Part shown: positions 22,854 through 34,799 of the stretch, piece by piece | How the letters are laid out: each line of letters starts with the position of its first letter | Position numbering within the stretch: position 1 is the stretch's first letter | DNA from: Selaginella moellendorffii | Taxonomy: Eukaryota > Plantae > Lycopodiophyta | Assembly (NCBI RefSeq): GCF_000143415.4 | Contig: NW_003314288.1 | Location: forward strand, 1,302,056 to 1,366,055 | DNA: 64,000 nucleotides | Reading direction: 5' to 3' | The notes under the pieces: model-generated | Databases searched by the model: none | The model's input: the letters and a program-made list of their open reading frames with translations, nothing else | What the model was told of the DNA's origin: nothing | Program-made: the position numbers and the translations under genes

Positions 22854-24155
22854 TCACTTCAAAAATGTGCACGCCACCCACAAAAAAACGTACGAGCTCA
22901 GCGCAGTGAAGAGCTCGAGGCTGCCTCGCTGCAAGCTTACCGACACGGACAAGGAGGGAATAACGAGCGAGCCGAGCGTCCATCCAATGAAGAGAGAACC
23001 AAGCCTGGAAGAAACACGGGGTTGGATCGAAACCAGCAAATCAAAGATGGAGAAAAGTCTCTACCCGAGAATGAATGCTCTTGACAAGCTCTTGACGCGG
23101 TCATTGATGAAATATATACAGCAGCCAAGCGCTACAAAGACCTGAGTAAACATCGAAACTTCAGCGCTGCCAAGGAAGAAGAAAAGAGAGCTTTTGCTTT
23201 ACCTGGAAAGCTGGGCCTCCCTCAGCGGCATTCATCACACTCCAAACTCCTATGGCAGCGTACAAAGCTGCGCGCTGGAGGATGATGGTCGACTTTGGAA
23301 TCTCCACGAAGCTGGCGAGCTTGCGCACCCATGGCGGAGACTCGTCCAGCTTCTTCTTCAGGTTGGTCTTGAGGTTGATCTTGGATCGCTTGCGAACCCG
23401 GAAGCTCTCAAAGATTATCCTATCGTGTGCGTCCTCGATAGCTTCTCGACTCCTCTCGTGTCTGCCGTATTGACTCAACAGGAAGCTCCGGGCCTCCTCC
23501 ACCTCCATCTCGGAGGCGTCGTAGCTGACACCCAGTCGCTTGTGAGGATCCCTTACGTAAATCCTGTTGAAGACAGGAGGTGGCCCTGTTAACCAATCAC
23601 TCTCATGAGAAAAAAGAAGAGAAAGCAAGCATCCAATCCCGCAACAAGGAACAATTTTGAGGAGCTTGTCAAGCCCAGGCAAGAAAAACAAACGAAGAAC
23701 ATCAAAGAAAAAATCTTCAAAGTATCACCAAGAAAGTATCTAAGATATCTAGAGAACAAGAGCTTGGCCAAGGCAACGCAAGAAGAAACAAACGAAGACA
23801 TCCAAGAAAAACCCTTGAGCTTTGATAGAACGGTCGCACCAAGGAATTTAAGCATCTAAGCCAACAATGCAGCCAAACGAGAGAGAAATACCTGGAATCT
23901 CATCCGCGTCCGCTTCGCTCGAAGAGAAGGACGCATCCATGGCCACAAAGCTGGTTCTCCAGCGAAGCCGGCCATAGAATCGCAAGCTGGAGCTACTGCA
24001 ACACAAAACTCCGCATTCTAAGAAGAAAATCCACGAAATTTCTCCTACCTGCTGAACAGATTCCTGCTAGCGACACGCGAAATCGCGGCTTGCGACGAAG
24101 AACGCCGCAATGGATCACACCACAGGGCACAAGGCGCTGTGGCAGCCATGCTCAT
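22854..24155 (-). CDS. CPP1: Chaperone-like protein of POR1 (CPP1/CDF1, DUF3353), plastid-targeted
   Basis: Transit peptide, then FNRIYVRDPHKRLGVSYDASE..EEARSFLL.QY..HERSREAIEDAHDRII...PPWV...AEGGPAFQV and C-terminal LELFTALSSYVFLWVACTFLK. Confidence 0.88.
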
Positions 24156-24404
24156 CCCTGAAAAACCCTAAATCCTCCATCTAGAAGAGACAGAAAAGGT
24201 TAAAATAAATGCGAATTTTTACCTCTAAGCAAAATTTACAAAGAACCTCCTGTATGTACATTGCAAACCACAGCACAATTTCAAGTACGAGAGAAGAGAG
24301 ATAAAGAACTAGTACAAAAAAAACCACCACCCAGCAGTGTTCCAAAAAAAATCCTACCTCTTTTTTTTTCCTGTGTTATTTTCGTCGTCGTCCTCCTTGA
24401 ATCG

Positions 24405-25958
24405 TCAAGAATCTGTGTGACCAACCTGTGATCCTGGCAAGAGCACCAACACCTCGCGCTCCTCGGAGAACATATGCTTTGGAACCATGATCTCCAGCCC
24501 CGCGATCGCCTCGACGTAGTAGGCCTTGAGCTCAGCGTTGTCCGGGATCCGAGTCGCCAGATCAATCTCTCGCAGGAACTCGCCGGGAGGGCAGTGCTCG
24601 GGGCTCAAATCCGTGAGCTTGAAAGTCCTGTCCCCCCTCTTCACGAACGGAGCTCTCCCGGTGCTCAAGCAGTGGATCTTCACCACGCCGTGAGTGGCCG
24701 TGTTCCTCCACGAGACGCGAAGCCTGTGCTTGTCCGTGAATGGTAAGCTCACCATGATGAGGTAGCCTTCGTCGTCCTCGTAGATGGTCTTGGCCCCCGT
24801 CACTGGCCCGGACGCCTGAGTGATGACACCCGAGAAGCTCGAGTACCAGCTCGGCTGCGGGCTTCCACCACTGAGCTCCTCCAGCCCGGAGAAGGTGACG
24901 ATCGGGACGCACGACTCCGCGTCGGTGTTGTTCCTCACCGGCGAGTACGTCTTCCTCTTGCGCTTGGCGTTGTTGGCGACGCTGCTGCCGTTCCCGTTCA
25001 TGGTCCCGTTCGTGCTCAAGCCACTGGCACCGGGATCCGAGAGCTGCGTCGATAAGTTCAGCGACGTCCCGTTGAGAGGACCGCCACCACCACCACCACA
25101 CTTCCGGAGCGATCCGTTTGGAGACTTGGTCTGCTGCAGCGGAAGTCCCAGCCTCTCCAGCTCGTGATCCGGGCTCGGGACCGTCCGCCAGTCGACGAAA
25201 GCCTCAGCGTTGTGAGGGATGGTGAAGTTGACGTCCCGGCCGGTAAGTTCCTTCCACCGCTTCCTATCCTCCTCGCTCACGAACGCCACGTTCGGCGTCC
25301 TGACCACCTCGATCCCGTGGATGCACTGCGGGTTGGACAGCCCCCTGTAATGCTTCCTCTGCATCCGGTGAGAGCGGATGAATCCCTTCTCCACGCTGAA
25401 AGGAAACTGCGGCTCGCGGAACCTCGAGTGGCCGTTCATGTAGCTCCGGAGCTGCATCTTCCCGAGCGCGTTCTCGGGCTTCTCCTTGAACGCCCACATA
25501 TACATGTTCTCCATGTCGTGCTGGACGAGGAAGATGTCCAGGCGGAGGTCGGGCTTGTCCGAGTCGCCACCGAGCAGCCCCTCGCCGCTGAGCTTGGCCT
25601 GACACTTATCTTTGATCGCTGGACGAAAGTAATGGTTGAAAAAGAACCAGGCACCCCAGATGGTGTCACTGCGACGAAGCCAGCGTCGTCCTTTGGATAG
25701 CGGCGAGCTGCTGGGATCCTCCCCGAGAGGAGGAGCCAAACCAACGTCGAGAGACTCGAGCTCCTTGGATGGCAGCCACTGGTTGGATGGGATCTCGTCG
25801 GAGAATGGCAAGTTGATGTCCGGAGGTTCCACCACCATTTGCATCTGGAGCTGGCGGCTGCAATCGTCGTGAACGCCAGCGTCCATGGAGAGGATCGTGG
25901 ATGGAACATCGGTGGCGAAGGATGATAGTAGCGGCTCTGTCAAGCTCCCCGTCACCAT
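24405..25958 (-). CDS. SLT1/FYD-like protein (C-terminal HSP20-like domain)
   Basis: First in-frame ATG at 25958. Has PSTILSMD, PPDINLP, DTIWGAWFFF, LRLDIFLVQHDMENMYMWAFKEKPENALGKMQLRSYMNGHSR, SHRMQRKHYRGLSNPQC, GPVTGAKTIYED and EHCPPGEF. The listed ORF start at 26036 is a TTG. Confidence 0.88.
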   Translation of the reverse strand: MVTGSLTEPLLSSFATDVPSTILSMDAGVHDDCSRQLQMQMVVEPPDINLPFSDEIPSNQWLPSKELESLDVGLAPPLGEDPSSSPLSKGRRWLRRSDTIWGAWFFFNHYFRPAIKDKCQAKLSGEGLLGGDSDKPDLRLDIFLVQHDMENMYMWAFKEKPENALGKMQLRSYMNGHSRFREPQFPFSVEKGFIRSHRMQRKHYRGLSNPQCIHGIEVVRTPNVAFVSEEDRKRWKELTGRDVNFTIPHNAEAFVDWRTVPSPDHELERLGLPLQQTKSPNGSLRKCGGGGGGPLNGTSLNLSTQLSDPGASGLSTNGTMNGNGSSVANNAKRKRKTYSPVRNNTDAESCVPIVTFSGLEELSGGSPQPSWYSSFSGVITQASGPVTGAKTIYEDDEGYLIMVSLPFTDKHRLRVSWRNTATHGVVKIHCLSTGRAPFVKRGDRTFKLTDLSPEHCPPGEFLREIDLATRIPDNAELKAYYVEAIAGLEIMVPKHMFSEEREVLVLLPGSQVGHTDS

Positions 25959-26717
25959 GCTTCCCAGCTGCAAGTACCTCCCTTGCTCGTGAATGCTGCT
26001 CTCTTCCTCGTCCCTGGATTTGTCAGCCACGTCCAAGCAACCCAGTATCAGGGGCTCATCCCCAAATTCTTCCAGCGTTCCTGGTTGGATCTTCTTTTTT
26101 TTTTCTTCTTCTTCCTTGTTTTCCTTCCTTGTTCTTCCTTCTTGTTCTTCCCTGTGTGTTCTTGTTAGCTCTGTCTCATCCCCACCCAGTGCTCACAGTG
26201 CACGCCCCTTCCCTTGCCCCACAGAAGCCAAATTCCACTGCCGGAAGGAGCGCCGCTTTGAGAGTCACCCCGAGAAAATCTATCCCTGGAACCATTGGAG
26301 AGGACTGGCGAGCAGTAGCCGATCACAATCCTGGCATCTACGCTCCGAGCGCTGATAGATCCGAGGCTGCCAGGGCACATGTAACGAAATTACCGTCGGG
26401 AAAGCCTCGGATCGCCACGATCGAAACCCTAATCGCTGGGATTGGCGTCCTGTCCTGGGGAAATCCGCGGCAATGCCGACGCTGGAAGAGATTCGGAATA
26501 TGAATCACATCGATCGAGAGAGAGGGAGGGGGATCGTCTCACCGTGCTGTCGTCCGGCAATTCGTACGAGCTCCAGCCGCTACACGGTGCGTTCTTTCCT
26601 CTTCCCTAAAGCAGACGAGACGAAGCTCTGGCTATGGCGTCCCAGGTCGTCTCCCGTACGAAATGGCCACGCGGGACATGGCGGCGCTACTGTACGATAG
26701 AGGGCGTTGCCGGCCGT

Positions 26718-26726
26718 CCACGTGGC
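26718..26726. promoter_or_regulatory. G-box (CCACGTGGC) in the divergent SLT1-like / FBPase promoter
   Basis: Perfect extended G-box ~110 bp upstream of the FBPase ATG, typical of light-regulated Calvin-cycle genes. Confidence 0.55.
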
Positions 26727-26835
26727 TGAGATCCGTTGGAGCCAAGGATGAACACCAAGGGCAGCCACAGACACCCCACCCAATAATTTCCCACACACTT
26801 TAGATGAAGTGAGAAGCAAGCAGTAATTTTGGGCA

Positions 26836-28300
26836 ATGGCGGCATCCTCCGCGACGCAGTGCTTCGCCAATCGCTCCACCAAGATCATCAATGCGCCCGG
26901 CAAGAATCGATGCTCCTCCTCCCTCTCCACCGCCAGCAGGGGTCTCGCCATCGGCAGTAATCGGGGTTTCCAGCAGCAGCATTGCAGGAATCTAGGGATT
27001 AGAGCGGCCGTGAGCGTCGAATCGACCACAGACAAGAAGAAGAGCGGCAGTAGGAATCAGTATCAGCTCAACACGCTCACGAATTGGCTGCTCAAGCAAG
27101 AACAGGCAGGGATTATCGATGGCGAGCTCACGATCGTGCTGTCGAGCATCGCCGTGGCCTGCAAGCAAATCGCGGCCCTAGTCCAGCGCGCCGGGATCTC
27201 CAATCTCACCGGCGTCCAGGGCGCCGTCAATGTCCAGGGCGAGGATCAAAAGAAGCTCGATGTGGTGTCCAACGAGGTGAGTCAGTGGAAAATCTCCTCT
27301 CTTTCTCGATCGATCCTCCCACATTTCGTCCGAAATATCGTTTCTTGGTGCTAGGTTTTCTCGAATTGCCTGCGCTCCAGCGGTAGGACGGGTATCATCG
27401 CGTCTGAGGAAGAGGATACGCCTGTGGCCGTGGAGGAGAGCTACTCTGGCAACTACATTGTGGTGTTTGATCCCCTGGATGGATCATCCAACATCGACGC
27501 CGCTGTCTCCACGGGCTCAATCTTTGGAATCTATCACCCAAGCGAAGAATGCCTGGCGGATTTCGACTCGGACTCCGACTCGGTAAGTTCTTGGGAATCC
27601 TTCGCTCCAATTCATCTCTGGAAACTTTTGATGATGATCGCAGCTCACTCCAAGCGAGCAGAATTGCGTGATGAATGTGTGCCAACCGGGGAAGAACTTG
27701 CTATCATCTGGCTACTGCATGTACTCGAGCTCCGTGATCTTCGTTCTCACGGTTGGAACCGGCGTGTATGGCTTCACGCTGGACCCGATGGTGGGCGAAT
27801 TCGTGCTCACCCACGACAAGATCAAGATCCCGGACAAGGGAAAGATCTACGCTTTCAACGAGGGCAACTACGCGCTGTGGGAGCCAAATCTCCAGAGCTA
27901 CATCAACAGCTTGAAGGATCCAGGGCCGGCCGGGAAGCCTTACTCGGCGCGCTACATTGGGAGCTTGGTGGGCGATTTCCACAGGACGATGCTCTACGGC
28001 GGGATCTATGGCTACCCCCGCGACAAGAAGAGCAAGAATGGGAAATTGAGGCTCCTCTACGAGTGCGCTCCCATGAGCTTCTTGGTGGAGCAAGCCGGCG
28101 GCAAAGGGTCGGATGGATCCGGAAGAATTCTGGACATCAAACCAGAACAGGTTCGATCGATCCAATTCTTTCGATTGATTGATCGCGCAAAATGTTCTAA
28201 TCTTCTCCTTTTTTTCTTGTAGGTTCACCAAAGAGTTCCTTTGTACATAGGAAGCAGGGAAGAGGTGGAGAAGCTCGAAAAGTATCTCTCGTCAATGTAA
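26836..28300 (+). CDS. cFBP1: Chloroplast fructose-1,6-bisphosphatase (redox-regulated type, 4 exons)
   Basis: Transit peptide; [13 protein letters not shown]; [12 protein letters not shown]; regulatory loop EECLAD...[12 protein letters not shown]; [14 protein letters not shown]; [12 protein letters not shown]; [10 protein letters not shown]. Stop TAA at 28298-28300. Confidence 0.96.
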
Positions 28301-28451
28301 ACACACCTATTTCCAAAATTTTGAATTTCAAAATTTCAAATTCAAAATTTTAAAAGTTTCGCGCGCTAAGAGGGCGATCGCGTGTTCGATTCCTTATCCC
28401 TTCCGAGCGTGTGCCGGGCACAGTGCCACGTAGGGTCTCCCTCAAGGGCAT

Positions 28452-29622
28452 ATGGAGAGCGAGCTCTTGGCGGGGAGGGCAATGGCGACGGCCGCCACCG
28501 CAGGAGCGGCAGTCTCCCTCGCTGCGGCCGCGCCAAGATCGCGATCCTTGACGCCGGGAGCATCGAATCACCAGGTACATTGGCAATCGAGAGTCGAGAG
28601 CGCGTCCTAGACTAGGGATTGATCCTTTGTTATTTTAGCTGCGCAACTCGTTCCTGGGATCGCAACTTTGTAATTGCGACGCGCGTCTAAAAGTCTCGCA
28701 TCCCGGGACTATCAATTCGACGAGGAAAACTTACAACCCTCTCCAGGTAGCTCACTCAAAGATTTTCCAAGTTTTAGTATCACATTATTGTATTCTCAGG
28801 TGGAGGCTAAAACAGCTGCTGGAAAAACGATAGAGGTAGAGGTCGATAAGCCTCTCGGACTTTCGCTTGGGCAAAAGCCTGGTGGTGGCGTGATCATAAC
28901 AGTAAGAGCTCCATACGTTCTTCTTCTTTTCTTCCTGGTTCTTTCGCAAAACATTGTACTGTAATCGTGCGAAACAGGCAGTGGAAGGAAATGCAGCCAG
29001 AGCTGGATTGAAAGTCGGGGATCAGGTGCTCTATACGAGTAGCTTCTTTGGCGATGAATTGTGGCCGGCTGATAAACTTGGCTTCACAAAGACAGCCATC
29101 CAAGCGAAGCCAGAGTCTGTTTATTTTGTTGTTAGCAGGTACTTCACGATCGATTCCTTGTTCTCAAACTCTGAAGTTTGCCCTTTTCTTCTTCTTCCAG
29201 AGGAGCGGATGTAGATGTAAAGCGACTACCTAAGCGGCCAGCGCCACCTCGATTTGGTCGAAAACTCACCGAAGCGCAAAAGGTAAGAGCTTTTCTCTAA
29301 GGACGAAGCTGTTCTATTCTATATGTTTTCCAGGCAAGAGCTACTCACATTTGTCTCGACTGTGGATACGTCTACACACTCTCCAAACCTTTTGAAGAAC
29401 AGGTATGAAAAGTTCAGTGTTTTGTAGATGGTGCTCATCTTTTTTCTTCAGCCGGATGGTTTCTTATGCCCTCAATGCCGAGCACCAAAGAAGAGGTTCT
29501 CCAAATATGATCCGGAAACCGGACGAGCAGTCGGAGGCGGTGCTCTGCCAATCTCCGTGATACTGGGAGTCTTGGCTGGTGCTCTCGCAGTTGGAGGATT
29601 GGTGGTATATGGTCTCCAATAG
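28452..29622 (+). CDS. ENH1: Plastid PDZ + rubredoxin-like protein (ENH1-like)
   Basis: KTIEVEVDKPLGLSLGQK, GNAARAGLKVGDQVLYTSSFFGDELWPADKLGFTKTAI, RFGRKLTEAQK|ARATHICLDCGYVY, CPQCRAPKKRF and a C-terminal TM segment. In-frame ATGs at 28452 and 28482. Confidence 0.9.
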
Positions 29623-29695
29623 GCTTGTTAAGAAGCTCTTGCAAAATCAAACTCCCAAGGTTGAGAGTTTATAATCTGTTCCATTACCTAGGTAC

Positions 29696-30699
29696 ATGGC
29701 TTCTATTTCTACACCACTTTCTTATCCTTTTCCTTGTGGCCAGGGAACGAAGACAAAGTACAATGGCCGCAGAATTTTTCTCACGAGAGCAAACTTGGAA
29801 GACGCAGAGGGACGAGTTTTGCAACAAGATCTCGAAGCGGCTCAAGCAGCTCTTGCTCCCAGGTTCAGCAGAAGATTTACAATTGGAATTCTTTCGGCAG
29901 CAGGACTGGGAATTGGAGCAAACTTTTTGGGAACTACGAGCTTCGTGCTTGGATTAAACCCGGAAGTCGCAAGAAGCTTGAGGCTGGACGTCCTGTATCC
30001 TGTCCGGGGCTTCTTCAGATGCTTAGACACAGACAAAGGTTTCGGTAAGCACTAGCTAAGTTTCATCTTTAAGAAGTGAACGATTTTCTCCAAAGCTAAA
30101 CAACCAGCTTTCATTTTTCTTCGATTGCAGAGTTTATCTATCCTCAAGACTGGTTTGGCGATCAAAAGATCTTGTATAGGTCCATTGAGAAGGCCGAGAA
30201 AGAAAGGCCTCTGGACTTGCCGGCACTCAAAGAGCAAAGATCGCCAGCGAAAGTTCTAGTGGAGCCTGTCACTGCTTTCGGACCTCCTGGAACAGATGGC
30301 GAAGTTAACGTGAGCGTGATCGTAGCTCCAATCCTCCCTTCTTTCAGGTAAGGAAAGTTTCCATCTCTTGGTTTGATAGAGAAAAAACGTCTTTGCAGTT
30401 TGGAGCAGCTAGGAGATGCCAAAGAAGCTGCTAAACTCATCCTGGACAAGTTCATAGCTCCACCAGGATCGAAGAAAACGGCAACTCTGGTGGATGCCTT
30501 GACTAGAAGAGATGAAAAGGCAGTCTACTACACACTGGAGTACTGTGTGGAAGCTCCCACATTCTTTAGACACAATGTGGCTGTCTACACTTCTCTCAAA
30601 GGCAAGCTCTTCTCTTTGAATGTGCAGACTCCCCAGGCTCAGTGGTCACACCAGAGAGAAGAATTCATCCAAATTGCAAACTCTTTCAAAGTAATCTAA
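29696..30699 (+). CDS. PsbP domain-containing thylakoid protein (PPD7-like, 3 exons)
   Basis: GANFLGTTS..LGLNPE.ARSLRLDVLYPVRGF.RC.D...GF|EFIYP..W.GDQ..LYR; EPVTAFGPPGTDGEVNVSVIVAP; YYTLEY...FFRHNVAV...SF. Confidence 0.88.
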
Positions 30700-31549
30700 A
30701 GGGCTAATTAGCATAATTAACATCTATCAGATGGCAGCTTGATTGAGCTCCAAATCAAACGACAATGCTCTACGTACACCCTTTGAAGACGGGCATGGCC
30801 TTCAAAAACTCCAGCCTCCCGGCAGCTGGGCTCGAAAGAGATGAAGTTCTCGCCTTTTCAACACCAATGTAACAAGTGTTTTGCGACTGAAGTACTCTCA
30901 GACATTTTTGGTTCTTTCTCAGCTTGCTATCTTCTTCTCTCCAGCTGCAAGGCTCGATATCAATCTGTTCCGGAAGGATGGTAAGTTACCCGTGTTTTCT
31001 TCAGAATTTTGATTCGCAAGGAGTTGGAGATGTTTTGGCTCACAGCAAGTTTTCCTCAAGACTTCTTTGTAACAGACGAAGATTTTCCTGAAGCGCTTCA
31101 GGAGACTTTCAAAAGTGTAGAAGCAAAGGTAAAAATTACTTGCAAATTTTGAACATTTGTTTCGACATATTTTTTTTCATACTCTACAAAGGTTGGGTTC
31201 AAGTTTCAACCTTCTAATAAAGCAAAGTTGGGTTGAAATCTTAAATGAGGTGAGGTGAGAGGTATAAATACATTTATACCTCTTTTTTATGGGCTTCTAA
31301 CTGAGGAAATTGATTTAAGCACACTAAAAGGGGGAATGCCAAAAGGTTTGGATTTATCGACAACTGGAGTCAGAATTCAGAAGGCGTGGAATTCAGAAGG
31401 TGAGAGGAGGTGGATTAGAGGCGTTGAACCGCAAAGTTTTATTCCATCGCCCAGCATCATAGATTCATAGTATATCCTTTTTGTTAGCTTAAATGTAGGT
31501 AGAATGTGGTCAATAGGGTTTGTGTAGCTCGGGCGATCTCGATCTGAGA

Positions 31550-32856
31550 ATGGTGCTGGGGAAGAAGGAGGGCGGCCTCTTCCGCTCCTCCTCTCCGTCT
31601 TCCAATGACCGCTCCAAGCTCGGGCTGGCGATCCTGGCAGGAATCATGGTGGGAGCGCTGTGGGCGTACTTGCATCCTCACGCATTCATGAGCGCCTCCG
31701 AGGTAAGCGGCCGGAAAATTCGAGTTCCAGAGAGAAACGAGACACTCCAATCGCTCCACAGGGCGGCGATCCGCTGGTGAGCGAGCTGGAGAAGAAGATC
31801 CGAATGCTGGAGCTCCAAGTGACCACGCTGCGGGGCGAGAACAGCGAGATTAAGAGCGCGCTCGATCTGTCCAACCAGGAGAAGAAGTCCGCGCAGCAGC
31901 AGCTCATGGCCTCGCGGAGCCGAGTCAAAGCAGGCAAATTCGGCACAGTGGCCGGCACCACGACCCATCCAGAGATCATCCCGGATAAGTCCGTCAACCC
32001 GGAGCTAGCCCAGCTGCTCGAGAAGATCGCCATCAACCGCGAGCTCATCGTTGGCGTCTCCAACAAGAACGTAGCTCCAATGCTCCAGGTATGGTTTGAG
32101 AGTATCAAGCAGTCCGGGATCACGAACTACCTCGTCGTCGCGCTGGACGACGAGACTGCCAAGTTTTGCAAGGATCACGACGTCCCGGCGTACAGGAAGG
32201 ACGCCACCATACCCAAGAGCTTGGCCGGGACTGGGGACAACCACGCCATCTCCGGAACAAAGTTTCACATCCTGCGAGAGTTCCTCGTGCTGGGATACAG
32301 CGTCTTGCTCTCGGACGTGGACATCGTCTACCTCCAGAACCCGTTCAAGTTCTTGCAGCGCGACTGCGACGTCGAGGCCATGACCGACGGCCACACCAAC
32401 GCCACCGCCTATGGATACAACGACGTGTTCGACGATCCAAAAATGGGCTGGTCGCGCTACGCGCACACAATGAGGATCTGGGTGTTTAACTCGGGGCTGT
32501 TCTACTTGCGGCCCACGGTGCCATCGATCGAGCTCCTGGACCGGGTGGCGACGAGGCTGGCGAGAGAGAAGGCGTGGGATCAGGCCGTGATCAACGAGGA
32601 GCTCTTCTTCCCGTCTCGGCCGGGATACAATGGCTTGCACGCTTCCAAGCGCGTCATGGACAGGTTCCTCTTCATGAACAGCAAGCTACTCTTCACGGAC
32701 ATTCGTGGAGATCCATCGCAGTATGCCAACTTCCGGCCGGTTACCATTCACGTCAACTATCATCCGGATAAATACAACCGGATGCTGGCCATTGTTGATT
32801 ACTATGTCAAGGGGAAAAAGGATGCCCTGGCCAAGTTCCCGGTTGGCTCAGAGTGA
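31550..32856 (+). CDS. GT77 arabinosyltransferase, RRA-like (type II Golgi membrane protein)
   Basis: ATG 31550 with an N-terminal TM anchor; intron 31703-31761; [44 protein letters not shown] (DxD), [32 protein letters not shown] and HVNYHPDK. Confidence 0.94.
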
Positions 32857-34799
32857 TACTGGCCTGGTTGGATCCGACTGATCTTGTGATTGATAGATAC
32901 TCTTTTTTTTTCAAATTATAAAATGAAGACACTGTTTTTGATTCATCGGTAAGAACAGATCATGGTAAGAACATCACATCGGCAGGAGAATGGGAGGACA
33001 AATAGTTTTGACGTTCATGCCCGGAACAATTTATTTGCTTTATCTTTTACAATCATAAGATAGTGAGTATATGGAGATTTTTTAAACTATTATTGTAGAA
33101 TCCTATATTAATTGAGACCATTAAAATCTTTGGTTCATATTTTGATGTCTTTAAATCAAAGATTGTGACTTTTGCTTAAATGAAGAATGCTAATTATGCT
33201 AACTATTTCTCAACTCCTAGAATATTGTTAATTATATTTTGTGGCATACATGCTATAAGGGACTTGATTGCATTATAAGAGCTGTGAAAGTTCTATATTT
33301 GGGTTATGGAATACATAACTCAAACATTCTCACATCAAAGTTTTGGTCTGAGGGTGGTGAGCTCCTTCATGCACCACTTCATTTTCTTATTTTTCATAAT
33401 ACTGATGGAAGTAAGAATTCATGGTAAATGTTTAACCTCTTTAAAATAAGAAATTATTTCTGCTTATAGTTAGATCATACTTTGGCTCAGAAAACTAGCA
33501 TAAGTTTCATATTTTTTATGAGTATATCCAAAGGCAAGCACTTAGTTCTAGATGTGGTGGTCCTCTAACATGGAATAAATAAATGAGAGATAAGGAAACT
33601 TTTAAGGTCTATCTGTTTATGTGGGTCCACAAATGGCTCATCATCTCCAAATATCTCTTTCATCACCTCCACCAATGTTCATCTGAGGGAAGGCAAAGAT
33701 TAACCTAAAGCTCTTGCAATAAGTTGCATTGGTCTAGATATCTCAAGACCAGAGAGATGAAACTGTTTGATATGGAGACTAGATTGAGCAAGATGGTTGG
33801 ATCCAACACTAACTTCCAACATAAACTTCTTGTCTTACTTCAATCTGTTGCAGCCCTTATCTCTATTTGCTTCTCTGAACTTTCTAAACTAAGTCATGGT
33901 GAAGGCTATCAACATAAAAAGGGACAAATTACAGCCCTTCTCCACAAGTTCACAATCTCAAACAAATTCCAAAAGAAAACCTTATGATCTTAGTGGAATA
34001 AACTTTTGTAAAAGAGAGTAGCCAGGCGACTTAAGCATTTGTTGCCACTTTGAGTCTTGCCTCTAGATGATAATTGCCATGAGAAAAACAGTTGTACAAC
34101 AAGATGGTGCAACCATACAACATCAATGAGGTTAAGAGCTACAAATGTAAGCTTGGACATATGGTTGCACCATGCTAGAGTTGGTATGGTCAATGGTATC
34201 AACCCCAAGATGGTTGGTCCAAGGCTGGATAAGTCAAACTCAACTACATCTGCTTTTTGGGTCTAGTAAGGGGTGCTAAGTAGCAGTGTGGTTAGTTATG
34301 GGCTTGGATCAGTCAAATCCTGAGAATGCATCTATTGTTGGATAAAATTGGCACGTGAATTTATGTTCCAAGCATGTAGCAATGCCAAATCAACCTTCTT
34401 GTGAAGGAAAGATTTGATGCAAGGAAATGCAAAAGAAGCATAAAACATGGAATCCTAAAAGAGGAAAGATAGGTGTGAAAGGACCCTTATGATAAACTCC
34501 CAACCAAGCTATTAAAGTTTTGAAACTCTTTTATACTTTGCCTTAACTATGGAAGAAACCTCACCATAGAGAGAGACTATTTTTCTAGAACTTAAGCAAT
34601 AGATGGGACAGATCTAACACTAGATGTAAAAATACTCATCTAAATCTAATATGCATTTATAAGGATGTAAGATGATTGAATTTACCAAGTGTTGTTAGCC
34701 CTCTAAGTTTTGTAAAAGTGTCAGGCAAGCCTCTGTTCAATGGAACATATTGATCTTACCCATATAGGGCCATAGAACAACTACCAAAATATAATCTAA

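Noticed and set aside
5968-32856. Extensin chimera and RRA arabinosyltransferase as an enzyme-substrate cluster
   Set aside because: They are 24 kb apart with many unrelated genes between them; co-location is probably chance.
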